Assembly: GCA_965637545.1 (NCBI GenBank)
Contig: OZ281500.1
Coordinates: forward strand, 3,286,001-3,350,000
Origin: Phallusia mammillata
Lineage: Eukaryota
Reading direction: 5' to 3'
Length of the DNA stretch: 64,000 bases
The translations under genes were made by a program, and so were the position numbers. The notes under the pieces are model-generated. The model was not told the origin of the DNA and did not search any database. It saw nothing but the letters and a program-made list of their open reading frames with translations. Positions 14,772 through 28,681 of the stretch are shown here, piece after piece (the first letter of the stretch is position 1; each line of letters opens with the position of its first letter).

Positions 14772-17700
14772 ATGGGATATCTTTGCCTTATCGTGATCAT
14801 ATCTTGTCTACCAGCAACAGCACTGAATAGGTCACCAACAAGCGGCACAGGCAAATCCCTTGCAATAAGACCGCGATGCGGTTTGCACTTTGTGAACAGA
14901 CAATTTTGCAGTAAAACCTGTTCAAGAGCAACCGAAAAGTGCGAACAGGACTGCTTGCATTCCGTATGCGACCGAACAACGGATACCCACTTGAAGGGAG
15001 TCACCAAAGTACAATGCATCGCGAATTGCTTTGAAACTGATAAACATCAGGTTAGTTGATATGCAAATCTATTCGTGCCTGGCCAGTATGTGGTATCGAA
15101 AACATGACTTGCAATAATCTCCGCAAAACCAAGGCTAAAAATTATCTTGTACGCAACCCACAGTGTGGGCTTTATATCCTCGATTATGCAATAATCTGTA
15201 AGCTCTAATTGGCACGTTTCGAAACTTCTCACATGAAATTCCGGGTATTTCACGAGGAAAACGCGAATTTTTGCATACTTTGGTCAATAATATGCTGCGC
15301 GGAAACAAGCAGTAAAACTTTGACCACGGGCATCAAATAATCACGAAGTTTCTGCAAATTAAGAAATAGACGGGGCCTTAAACACACACTTTGGTAAAAT
15401 ATTATTTGAATTTGTCACTTAACAAGTTTTATTACTTACCGACAGAAAGGTTTTTGCTCCAATCGACGACAGTTTTATACTATCGACTTCGGTCACAAAT
15501 AAACTGTATAAGTTCACCAACGCAATTACCAATACAGAGAAAACCGACGTGGCATACGTTGTCATTTTGCCAACATTATTACCGGCATCAAGGTGAAAGT
15601 TTGCCAAACGAATTGGACCTGATGCCCCTTATTAGCGACCCGTCAACTTATCATCTGGCGAGTCCCGTTCGCGGATGTTGATCTAAATTTAGATTGCGAT
15701 AAATAATTATCGAATTACTGTCCGGGAAACTGGCTCCGCATTGGCATCTTACTTACCACAATACCGATTCAGTATTGATACAAGTGTCGACGTTTCATAA
15801 CACGTTTTAGCACTTGAAACAGGAGTGCAGTAGCCAAATTTGAAACCTTTCTCTGAAAAACCGTTCGCTTTCGTACTTTCAAAAACGCAGGATTTATTTG
15901 TAGTCTTTTGCAGTTTAGACACAGACGACTTTAACGCGTAAATTCCCCAAAAATGCAGGGTGTAGACGAAACCTTAGCGAAATCGCTTATTTAACAAATC
16001 GCTTATTTAACAAATATGCAAGTACACGTAATCTTGAATATTTGTTAAATTAACACAAAATGACCGGAGGTTAGTAGCAAATGAAAAGTTTGTAGGGAAT
16101 TTGGCGTACGACTGAACTGTCGACAACTAAACGCATGTCAGTTTGTTATTCGAATAACATTTGCCGGAGGTTGGCCAACAAAAATAGATTTGCGGGCAAC
16201 GCGAACACATTTCAGGAGCTCTATACATTTGAATAAATACGATATCGGCAGAGGGCACATGTATGAACGAACACTGCAAATGTCAACAGAAAAACAGGTG
16301 TGGGCCACTTGAGACTTAAACATGCGCATTACGTAACATGCTTTTTTGGAACCTCGGACAAAAACAACGCAGTTTGCGATAATGGCGAGTAAAAACAATT
16401 GCCCGCCAACGGAAACAAACCAGCGCAACTTAAGTAGTAACAGTGCTAAAGGTAAACCAACACATGTTTATTTTGACCCGCGCACGGCAAAATTTCCGGG
16501 CGTCAGGATGAACACGTTTTTCTGTCTTACTAACAAGTTTTTGCATTTCCGCACCTGCAAGTTTATATCATGCAACAACAACAATGTTCGTGTATGTAAG
16601 CAATCTTGGCCGAAGCACCTTGTTCGCTTGTCGCCGCGCCCCTGAAAGAACACAAACAAGCAATTTAGCCAGGAGTGGCCGTGAAATACTATGTGAAAAA
16701 ATATCTTTCCTAATGCGATGTTTTGTTGTTTTGCAGACACGAGCTGGTTCAAAAACCCACATCGAAGTCAACTCCGACTTCAAGGACACAATATCAACGC
16801 AAGGTAATTTTTAACTGTTTTCTGACGGATACGCATGTGCCCCGACACAGAAACCCAAATCACTAAAAAACGATTTAGGTAGTAGGTGGATTCCCAGCAA
16901 ATCCAAGTTTATTAGGTAACCAAGCTGATTCTTTTGCGAAGTTTAACAAATCACGAAATTTTAAATCGCTTTTTACCAATCAGTGCGTATCCAAAACAAA
17001 TTAATCCGGAATTGAAGGCACGTCAGCCCATCCCATCACCTTTCGAAATCGGTTATAACCGCGGTCACCCACTAAGACTCTCTTGTATGCTGTATGAGTG
17101 TGTATACATAAAAATCGTCTTTTTATGCTTGACCGATATCCCCGTGATTACAGATCGAGCGGTTTGGAAACAAGAAATGACGGATTTGGGAATCGACAGC
17201 GACACTCTTCAGAAACTTTGTCGCACTGACGCTTTTCGAGACGCAAAAGTTTGCCAGCACACAACTGACTTCGAACAGGTATTTACTACAAATCGAATGA
17301 TCAGCGCATACCATATAGTCACGAAAATATTTACAAAGCAAAGGATATTTAGCACAATATTTAACAAACCAGCGAAATGTAAACCAAACAAAGCTACGAA
17401 GTGTAAACCATCATCCATCGGGTCAACCTTGCCACAACAAACAAACACGACCTCGCTCGAAACTGGAAATAGTATTCAATCGCAATAAGGCATATCGTTA
17501 CATAAATAAAAACAAGAACTTTTAAACCTAAATAAACGTAAATATCGAGCTACTGAATCCGCGCGCTGAAAAAATAACAAACCCGCGCTAATGTTTGCGT
17601 TTTAACGAAACGCAACTCAAAACAAGATCATTAAATAGCAACAGCATTACGAGGTCCTGGGATAAAGCGTCTCTTGTGTTCGATAGCAGGCACAATCGGA

Positions 17701-19595
17701 CACTCTGTGAATGCATATAGAAACTGTTGTGTTAGCAACAGAATATGTGTTAAACCGCTAGACTCGCTTTAAACCGCTAGACTGAACAAAAATCCAGTTT
17801 ATCATCTTGATGTAGACAAGGCTTTCAATAAGTTCGTAATCTCAGATTTTCCCGAGCTTTGTGACGTATTATCATGACGCTTTTGTGTCAGACAACAGAT
17901 AGTATTATAGCATCGCGAGGTATCGCGGCTGCATCGCGTTTGCGTTCCCGATCAAATTACAATTCGGAAGTCGGTAACGACACATGCACGGCCGTTTGCG
18001 GAGATTACATCACAGTAGACCTGAGAAAGTCGGGTGCGTGGTATCTTTGCTAATGCTTATCTCGCGATATCGTTTCCTGCACGAGAAGTGTCTTTTATTC
18101 CACTTTATCTATGGAAGCGTCATTATGAACCGAAAGATAACATTAATTTGTGCTTTCATTGCAGATCACAAACCAAAAGGCCATCGAGACGCAGAACAAA
18201 AGTGAGAAAAACGCAAACGTTGTGAGGAGACTACTTCAAGTCAAAGCCTCGTCGGACAGAAGCAAAAGGTCCACACGCATACTGTAAGTGAACTATGAAG
18301 TTATTTTTTGTCAATATCCCGTTCAACGCGGTCCATCAAAAGATGAGGCAACAAGCCACAAGCAAATCCGTTTTCGACACTTACAAAAGCAATCGCACTC
18401 GATAAAACCAGTCACGTTGTAACCTAAAAATAGCGCAAGGGACGAATTGAGCGCATTAAAAATCCGCACCATGCTATTTTCCCGTAACGAGTCGGGCCGA
18501 GAAACGCCTTAAACATTACATCGAATCGTCAGATGCTAAATTTAAAATACATGGCTCTTTTTGTGGCAAAATCGACGACTGTGCGCTATTCATTGGGAAA
18601 CTACCACATAGCAAATATCGCCCTCTATTACACCCCAATAAACCCACCCTAGGAGCATGCGGCTGCTAACACAGGGTGCGCCTTATCTCGTATATCGCAT
18701 TAACCGTAGGTTAATGCATGGAACAAGTGGCAACACTAAACAATCCAGAGTCACAGTTGCGGAGCGAAATCGTTACAAAGGAGACAATAACCTTAGTTCA
18801 TAATTTTTTTCCACTACTTATTGCTTCCCCAAACAAGCTCTACATGCACTAAAACATACAGTCCCTTGTTTAAGGTAATCTTTAAAAAAATAACGACGCC
18901 GATAATGTCACAATACGGATGACCTTCTCGTAGGCAGTGTAGATGTAATGTAGTGGTTCAATTAAATGGCAGGCAATGATCCGCCATTTTGTTAAAATAC
19001 ATAAACAAGACATTTGACTCAAACAGGAAATTTTAATTTTGTAGCAAAATTGCGCAATAGTTCTTGCTCCTTCACAAACCGCGTGTTTTCTACATGTTTT
19101 GACTTTAAAATCTTCAAAAAGCCACGTTCACATTTCTTGCTTGTTTATTGCAGATCTAGATTCGTAAGAAGTACAGCGTCACGTCGTCGTATCTGTGAGG
19201 CGTCAACGACACTTAAGAACCTTTCAGCAGCCTTCCACGAAAGGTCCAACACCACTGTACCATTGCTGACTAAAGAAAAAGCGCGAAGTTACGGATTTAC
19301 AAACAACTTCACGGCAAAGCAATATGAGCAACAATTCCAAGTTGCGACATGTGGGTTTAAATTTCCTTTCGACAAAGATTCTATCCAAGTAAACAATAGC
19401 AGATTCAAAAACGCACCGATATGCAAGCCGGTTAAGACAAGGCACCTGGCTGATATTGTCATTGACCCCAGGTACATCGACATTAAACTGTTTCAAATGG
19501 TTTCGCCGTGTTGGAAGGTATCTGACAAAATCGCGATCTGCCGGGACTGGGTGGTAATCGAGTCTTCTTGTGCGCTTTTTGCAATTAAAAAGTAG
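14772..19595 (+). CDS. Secreted pre-pro-protein with neurotrophin/Spaetzle-like cystine-knot C-terminal domain (343 aa)
   Basis: Exons 14772-15050, 16737-16803, 17154-17278, 18165-18283, 19154-19595; all GT-AG, phases 0/1/0/2 match, total 1032 nt. Signal peptide MGYLCLIVIISCLPATA; 8-Cys module; RSKR and RFVR convertase sites; last exon ICEAS...YEQQFQVATC...PICKPVKT...DWVVIESSC. The gene model is solid; the family assignment is by eye only. Confidence 0.75.
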
Positions 19596-22500
19596 CAACG
19601 GTAAACAACACATGTCATCAAATGACGTAGTTCGACTCTGCACGCTCGACTCGTGCTATGAAAGGTTTCCATTTATTTAATCGCCGACGGCGGCGGTGGC
19701 GACAAAGCGAACTCCTTCCATATGGTGAGCGAATGATCGTCTCCATCGCCGTTGGTGCCAACACAACAGATTTCGATTTCTTCATAATTTATTGTCCTGC
19801 GCTGCCATCCACGCCGAGTCAAGCTTGGCGTGGAGCTCTTGCTTATTGTATTTCCGTCGCGACCGTCGTTGGTAAAATGTTCAAAACATGGCGTGGTTGC
19901 TGACGCGAAGCGTTGCTTAAGTTCCTCGTACCAACATCGTTTTTTGAAACACGTGTGACATACCCCATGGCACACATCTTTTTTACAAGAACACGTATTT
20001 AAGACAGAACATGTTTTACCGGGGATAAGACACGAGACGACGCGTTGTAATCAAATTAGGACGCAGCTCATCCACGATGTCCCTCGATCGATGACTTTGG
20101 GTTAAAGCCTTTTTAGGTGGCACAATCATGGTGGCCGTCCACCCAACCCTTAATGATTCAGCAATGGGCCACCACACCTACTTCGCGCGCCAAACAACGC
20201 CCAAAAATTTCCATTCACTAAGTCGCAGAAGTCACTAACCATTGATCTACGGTGCAGCCTTCGCCCGTTAGGTTTGTTTATTATCAATATGTGGTCGCGT
20301 TTTGCAGCCAACGTTAGACGATTAGACATAATCTTTTGTATCAAACGACAACATGCCCAACTAAAGGAGTCAACCACTAATTGCTTTGGCATTTTTCATG
20401 CCGACAGTCGTCATATGTTCCGTTTAACGAAGCTATTCGGTGCGTTTGCGAACAAACGAGTTGCATATGGACAAGCAGGAACGGTGAATACGTCATTGTG
20501 TGCCTCGAGACGCTAACAGTGAAAAGTACGACCGCTCCCAAATTGCCAGGGTGTGTTGGACACATTCACGCGTTGTCGTAAACAAACTTAGACCTCCGGT
20601 CCTTACATTTGCACACAATGTAATCTTATCGAAATGAAAGCATGAGAGTTGCATCGCCTTTTACGCAAACTTTGGCATTTATTCTTAGGCTCGCCGCTTG
20701 CTTTTCGAAAGAGTATTTTTTCAGTTATTTTTTTACGCAACGGAGAGGCCCCTGCTGTTTTTGCTTCTGTTTAATTTATTGCTCCTCTCTGCTTCTTGCC
20801 TATTCATGATCGGTCTTTTTATTTTTTACGTTGTGTTTTTTTTAATGTTATTGTCGTTCATGTTGTTGTTTTGTCGCACGAAAGAAAAAAATAAACACGC
20901 TCAGCGAATCACAAGTTGTTGCAAATCAAGAAGATAGCAAAGTACTATAAGCGATTTACCAGCTGCATGTTGCACACAGAAGTCAAGAATCCGTTTTTTT
21001 TTAAATTTTATAACTGATTCAAAAGTTCCAAAACCTTGAAAACTCGTTCGTCCTAAATTTTAGGACTATGTACCGAAAATTGTATCTTTGCAAGTGTTTT
21101 TTTGTGTGTGTACACACAGGGTATCTGACAACAAAATAGCGAAAACCGCATTGACATTTTATATTATATGCATAAAAATATTTGGAAAACTAGTTACTTG
21201 GTTATCGAAGGTGTCCAAAGCCCTAATACACTTTTAAAACAAGGCATAACAGTTCTGCGTGTGCAGAAAAAAAAAACTAATATCGATTAAACTGGTAATA
21301 AATTATTGAAAAAAAACTGCGTAAGTTAAGGGTAACAAGTATTTTTACACTGTGTTCTTTGACGTGATCTTTGGCACTTAAACTTCGAAATATTGTTAAA
21401 ATTGACAAAATCGTGTTTGACTAAAAACACACGCAGTAGAGACTGGATAGATGACTAGTATTTTTAGCGGGTAATTACCAAGTTACCGGCAAAGTAAAGA
21501 CATCGTTGCGTAACGGAAGAGGAATCGGCGGGAAATTTTACAGCCACAAAATTTGTAGTGAACAGTTTTGCCAACCTACGCTATAATACCAAAAGATCAT
21601 TGCGCTTTTTATAAAATCAAAAATCAAGTCAAACATCCATGTTCCGAGATCGAATGAATCACAAAAAACATGTGATCCCGGAAAAGCACGTGACAGATCG
21701 AGTAGGCGGTTAAAATTTCGGTCTACACAGGAAACCATTTTTTTGCTACAAGAAATATATTTGGACGAGTGACTCTCCAGTAATAAAATTTACTCCGAAA
21801 AATCTGATTAGAACTTTACATCGTTAATGTTGGTTAAGTGGTTTTAAAATTACAAATCGCACAAACAAAAAAATACTAGTAAAATTCAAAAAATAATTCA
21901 CAAAAAAAAAACTAGGAAATCACCGCAAAGCTACAAATTAGCATCAAGTTTCAACCTCTGCGGCAGAGCCAGCTGAGGTCGAGCCGCCAACAGCCATTTT
22001 AATTCCGACATACAACAGCAATTCACCAAAGAGGAATAAATTAAAGTTCAGGCTAACACCCAGCTATAAATGTAAGTTATAATTTTTGTCGTGAACGTTT
22101 ACACATATTTACTGAAAGCCCACGACAAGATTAAAGTAGAGCTAAGTATAAGGAACCTGTAAGATCTGATGGGTTAGGGTGATTTTTGTCTTGTCATTGA
22201 CGACAGGGTAATATACGTTATTAAACACTCCTTTAATACTAATTTAAAGAGTTCAAATGCAACATGGCCCATGTTTTGGCTGTACTACCGCTGTAAAACA
22301 GCGCAAAACGAATAATTATGGACAATAAATCACGACCTATGTGATTTTGGTGACCGACAGCTTTCCCAGAAAACAGGAAAGAAATCAAAGTTTTTCAACA
22401 AAACGAAGCTCCGAACATATTATCTAGCACCAATCAACAGATAGTATATACTTGGACTTTTCGAGAACCCGGGGTGATTATTTGGGTTGAATTCACATAA

Positions 22501-25500
22501 AGCGCGGGAGGTTTAATCTACACACATCAAAAACGATTCCAAGCCGCCATGATATACCCTTGACGTGCGAGATCATTCCACGAAGCATAATTCCACGAAC
22601 GTTTTTATAAAATGCATTCTGACAATCAAGCCGATGGCCACTTGGGAAAGCAAACAAGAAACTGACAGGAGAAACCGGTCTGTGTTATCGTCATTCACAG
22701 ACACAAACAGGAAAGGATCTGAAATTTCTGGAATCCCGTTAATTTGTGTTGATCACACCCTTGGTAATTTAATGGCCAGTTTCGCTGCATGAAATGCGCG
22801 GTTACTCGTTACGCAACGAAAAGTAGCTGACTATTTTTGGTCTTTTATTTGAAGTCACATATTAGCACTACAATTTTAGCACTGCGGGATAAAATTAGCA
22901 AGGCAAGGCGACAATCTTGCAACGTTTGCTGGTAATTGTAGCGATCGACCAGCTGAACAAAACACATTTTTCGCCCTAATTGACCCAAATACGGACACGT
23001 TAAACCGCTTATCTAGACAAAATTTTACAACGGTGGCATAGCGGTAAATTAGCATTGCTTTGGCCACAATGATGGTTCAGTTTTTGGGGAAAATAATAAT
23101 TCTAATCGCAGCAGCCAATTAGTTCAATTTTTGCAGATGTTTTTTTATTAAGCTGGTGCAACTATCGTTGTACGCGAATTAGAGAGGCTTACGCCGAAAA
23201 TATAATACTTACTTGGCGCAGACATGAGGTAGTCTTCCACCATTTTGCTTCATGATGAGTGAGTCTTCAATGTTTTCCTTTTCATACTTGAATAAGTACA
23301 TTAGCTGCGACAATCTTCTTACGTCTTTATTCGCAATATACATGAATATGTTTCAGTTACTACAAAATAAAAAATGACAGTTTTATACCAAACGGACAAT
23401 GCTTTTATACCAAACAGTATGAGATCACGGCGCGTTCTTGTAACAGCGCAAGTGTAAAACATTGTGACGTCAGCGTGTATCACAATATTGACTAAAACTT
23501 GAAAAACAACGTCGACATTAACGAAATATTATTTTTAAAACGAAAAACAACATGACTTTTGGGGAATAACGCTGTTTCATTATGACATAGATTTGTCGGA
23601 ACATATCCTAAAGGCCTCAGGAAAAATGTTTTCATACTTAGCACAAACCCTGACCTAACGATAATAATTGTAAAAGATCTTGGTTGTGAAAAGTGAAAAA
23701 TGGTTTGAAACAGGTGGTTATGTTACCAGCAGAAAACAAACATAAAAAATGACGCAGTTTGTAAAAACTCGGTGGTTTAACGAAAAGCATCTTTAGTCAT
23801 TTATTTACAAAATCCGCGATGGAAGCATTAGTGTGTAATGGGTCAGTCTACAGGTGCTATTCGTTAATGGGCAAGAAACAAGTTTTGTTACTTATCAACT
23901 ATAAGTTTGACAATATCCATTTTGGAACTTCGTGACAAAATATTTAAGCTATACAAGCAGCTGTAGAGGTTTTCTAATCTTCCATAAGCTCCATTTTGTT
24001 CGTTTGGCCTGACCTAATTCCAAATTAGGCATATCACCAAATGGCAACAACGTAGGCGTACGACGTCATGTCAATTATGATTTACCTTTCCCACACGTCA
24101 AACACTTTAATTTAACATTTTGTAGGATTGGATTTACGCAAGTACTAAACGAAAGTACAAATCGGTTCCAAAGTTTCATAGTAAGACGACCGGGTCATTA
24201 CGCTTATTAGTGCAAACGCACGCCCAAGCGACTCCAATACCTCGGCGCTGGCTGGTATGAAGGTACACAGCCTATTATCCTCTTCAAGGCCACCGTTGTA
24301 ATTACCTTTTGCACTTGAAGTCCATGTGCAACTCCCTCATTAAAAGATCAGCGAAATATACTGTATCATCTCAACCTACTTGGGATCAACAGCAGATGAG
24401 AAAAATGGCAATCATCGTTGCACCTGAACATAGCAAAATGAAGTTATGAGAAAACCGCAACATAACCGCAATCAGCCATAAATCTAACGTTCAGTGGGGA
24501 AAATTTGGAAGATCAGCCACCACAAGCAATCACAAGCGATACATGTTTTGTAGACCGCATCCATGCGGACCTCAGGCGTTAATTGTGCCTTACAAATTAC
24601 AATAGTCCACCACAAAACAATTTCAAATGTGTTGGGAAACACTCATCATTTTTACTTAGGATTTAGTATTGGTGGATCATGTGCTGCAACTAAGTTTTAT
24701 GCGATATACCCGCAACGCGATTAACATAGTTTCTGTTCTGTCCCGCGAGTGAGATGTTTTGCTAGATCGCATCTGACACTTGCGGTAAGGCTATCTGGCG
24801 GGTTTACCAACGTTTTATTCGCAAAACTTGTTTGTAGGTAACTTTTGTGGAGACTTATTATTGACCAATTTGCCAATGGAGAGGAAATCACCCGTTAAAT
24901 AATGCCCTTCAAAGGGCATACAATATTTTTTTGGCACAGTGGTAGAACTTATTGTAATCTCCGCTACAAACGTCGGCTGACAGGCGTGGGTGTTGGTACT
25001 TGCCACAATTCTCCAGTGAAATCACGCACGTTTTCGTTTGTGGATTACTGCAATGAATCATGGACTAATAGGTGAAAAATGTGTTCACAGTGCATTGCAA
25101 ATTACTTGCGGACATTCCTTCTCATGGCATAACAATTCAGTAACGCAAAAACATACTTAATACGGAGTATAAACTTAGGTAAACTAAACACAACCCATGA
25201 ACCATTTTTTTAAAAAAGATACTCAAAACTTACCTGAATTTTAAATGTAAAAACGATTGTGACCAATGACTAATTAACTTTAGCAATTTTCATAAAAAAG
25301 CATTTGCATTTCAAATAAGTTACAAATTCCTTTTTACTAGTTCGCCCACCAGCAAAGTCAATTAAACATCTTGCAAAAATCCACCTGTTTAACGAGCAGT
25401 CGCGAGCGACCTGTACCAAAATAGCACAAATTGCTAGGCTTTGTGTAACGATACACCAAAACGTGTCTTGACAGTCATCTCGCGCCACCAAAACAATAAT

Positions 25501-27397
25501 GGATGTTTCTTTCCAATGCACGTTTGACCCCGAGAGACATGCAAATTGTAAGTTAAGAAATTAATTAAAAGTCCAAATAGCAAAAAAAACTGTAGCTCGC
25601 GGTGCACTAACCAGGTGTGTTGGGTTCAACACGACACAGATATTATCACGCACTCTGCCAGGCGAAAGTTTATTAAGAATTGAGTTGCAACAACGTTGTT
25701 TAAAGATAAAAGCTACAAAATTGAATCTCTCTGTATAAGGGATATGTGTTGCCAGACTAACATTTTTTGTTGGTGTAAACAGTTGCTTGGGGGTAAGAAA
25801 CCTTATTTGACCCGTTTAAGTCTGCTACAATTTTGCATTGTGCGGGAAAACTAGTCTGCATAGCTACACACCAGAAACTTAAAAATAAGATAAAATTTAC
25901 AACAATCGGTGTAATACAGTTTGTCGGTTTAATAAATAGGATGTGTATCAGTTAATATGATGCAATAGGATTGTTGTGTATTCGCTTCGCGTAAATGTTT
26001 AAACGCCAAGAGAGACAATCAAAGCGGGTACAAATTACTTTACGGTAAAATTTGTTTGCCGCACAAACACCAACATTATCGCTATTTAAACGTGACGTAT
26101 AAATCTCGTATCTAGTTGATGAAAAAAAGATGAGATATCGATAAAACAGCGACGTACATTTATTGGTTTATGATTAATGCGTGTTTAGCAATAATGTAGA
26201 AATTTTGGGTTCGCTTCATTTGCCTGCAAGTGACCACCTTGATGTTTAATGACCTCAGATTAATCTCCATGTAACCCACGAAAACCTGAATAACACACAT
26301 ACGTGCAATCTGTGAACACTTCAGATCGCCATCTAGCTTTGGTGTCCATTTTTTGTGTGCACTACAGTTCATACACGTCACAGGAATTAGGTTTACAAAT
26401 CTTTGAGGCTGATAACCAAGACACGATTTTTACAACACGATGTTTAATCACGCCAGCAGAAAAATTTAACTTAACGTCAGTTATCCCCGCATTGGTTTAG
26501 GGGTAATTAACAGAATTACGTATCGACTCAACTGCGCCACCAAGAGTATTATTTTACTATAAGAAATTAATGAGTTGCATTTTCAGACAAATGTATCGAT
26601 TTGAAGTTTTTATGTACCATTGGCTAGCCATACCCATTACAGAATATTGTTTTTAAGTACATGTCAAAATATTGGATTGCTGTAGCAAGGAAGTATGATT
26701 CACTACTATACACGCATCAATCACAACTACTACGCGTTTAAAATATGACCGTACAAAAACGATCACCATTAACAATATATGTCAATATATCCGTCGAACC
26801 AAAAAGCAAAGATTTAAGTGCCGACGATTTACAAATCAAAGCTTGTTTAAAAACAAAAGACACATTCCAGGAGTTTCTCAGCAATTCTGTAAGCTTGAGT
26901 ATTGAGTAATGACGTATAAATGGCAGTCAAATGCGATTTAAGTGATACGCGATTAATCGTTTTTTTTTTTCAATATCCGTTCAGTTACACAGCAAAGTAA
27001 TAAGGTAAACAGCCATGTGTCTAAGCTAAAAAACGTGGGACATTTTTCTTTCCATTTTTGAGGCCCATCCCCGCCTCCAAAAGTGACGACCTACCTACCT
27101 CAAATTAAACGGCAAGATATGTCTTCTTCAAAGTAAACACGGGTAATGGTACGGGAAGAAAAACAGTGCTTACAAAATTAGGGTACTGGTGGCAGTCGCC
27201 CGGAAGGCGCTCAAATGTAACAAAAATAACACGACATTTACAACTTGTCAAGGAAAAGTTATCACGTGACAATAATCCTAAAACATATACACAACTTTAT
27301 TGCAACAAACTAACGCATACGGAAGCGGTGTAAGACTGATGGTGGAAAAGATGGAGTAAAATATGGTTTGCGTCTATACATAACAAACCCTCTAGTA

Positions 27398-27663
27398 CAG
27401 TGGTTCTCAAACTTTTTTGACCGCGACCCAAATCTGAGCATTATGAACAATCGTCATGTGCGTAACAGTACAACTGGAAGGCTATTGTCAGTATTTTGCA
27501 ATGATTAGTTCATTTTACTGTACAACGTGGTCGAGTGAGTGGACTTTACTACTACTACATTAAGTAAATTCGTTTGGGTAGAATTGAACCACCATAGCGC
27601 GACCCATTTTTTGACCCTGCGCGACCCACGTTTGGGTCGCGACCCATACTTTGAGAACCACTG
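27398..27663. mobile_element. hAT (Buster/Charlie-like) MITE
   Basis: TIRs cagtggttctcaaa / tttgagaaccactg; exact TSD ctctagta (27390-27397, 27664-27671); subterminal gcgaccca repeats. Confidence 0.92.
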
Positions 27664-28536
27664 CTCTAGTACCTGCTGGACATGTGCAGCCTATTTCAAA
27701 CTAGCAATTACATTAGGCAACAATATTGCGACATTAAGGGCAATATGCATATTTCAGCACAATTTGAGTCAACATTTTTGACTATGGGGGCCAGGTTGTA
27801 TGTAACAAATATTAGGGTGTAAAGATTTAAAAAATGTAAATCCAATCTAAGTAACAAATAGGTTAGTATACTTGCCAATGCATCCCTTATAAACCTAAAA
27901 CTCCTAGGTAACACACTTCACCAAACATGACTCTTGTTTTTAAGTTTGGGTTTTGCTTGTCTGTGGTTAACTTGTAACACCACTAACAGTGCATAATTAA
28001 TATACCTATTAAAATAACTATTGACCAAAAAATGGTAAAAATCTGTATTACACAAAAAAGGAAACAAAAACGTTTAAATTGAGACCCTTTGTTATGTACA
28101 AATTGCACCTTTGCTTTGTAGTAATCACTTGCAGACTGACAATATGCACTAAAAATCAGTCTAGTGAACACAGCAGAATGACTAACAATATACAGAATAC
28201 AGAGGCAAAATTTGTTCTCCAAACAAATTCAATCAGTTATCACACTGTAAAACTGCTCTCATTTATCATTTATGAGTTTTCTACTCTTCAAATGAATTTA
28301 GGTACAAAAATCCTTTACAACATGTTTTAACTTGACACAATGTAATCAAATAACAGACTGTAACAACTGAAAAATAAAATAAGATTCTAACAAACAAATT
28401 TATAAGACAAAACAACGCCACATATGACAAAACAATGCACCATATGACAAAAAGAAACCGTTAGACCTATGGGTGGAAACAAACATAATATGTTGTTTAT
28501 ATATTATATACATGATTTCTTGCAACTTTATTACTG

Positions 28537-28681
28537 AACAGGCGTTTCGTCTGACAGTCATTTATTGCTCTGAAGAAGCCCTACCGTTCTGGTGGGCGAA
28601 ACGTCAGCGAAATACAAGTCATTAAAAAGCAACAATTAGTATTTTGTTTAGCATTACACCAGTTGAGCGACAAATTTGTTA
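28537..28681 (+). mobile_element. Short Penelope-like/retrozyme-like insertion carrying a hammerhead core
   Basis: 13-bp direct repeat aactttattactg at 28524-28536 and 28682-28694 flanks 145 bp containing gcgtttcg...ctgaagaag...cgaaacgtc. Confidence 0.6.
28565..28610 (+). ncRNA. Minimal type I hammerhead ribozyme motif
   Basis: Helix I ttgct/agcga; core CUGAAGA + extra A; helix II GCCC-(U)-ACC-guucu-GGU-GGGC; GAAA; palindromic ACGU in place of helix III; UC cleavage site after 28605. Confidence 0.7.

Noticed and set aside
15979-16012. Short tandem duplications (also 17753, 43000, 46225)
   Set aside because: Two-copy slippage duplications; not CRISPR-like and no spacer structure.
19673-19975. 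100-aa minus ORF convergent with the cystine-knot gene
   Set aside because: No recognisable domain or splice partners; more simply 3'UTR or intergenic.
20381-20581. Cys-rich ORF with a CVC motif (second cystine-knot gene?)
   Set aside because: CxC is mid-ORF with no upstream knot cysteines, signal peptide or splice context.
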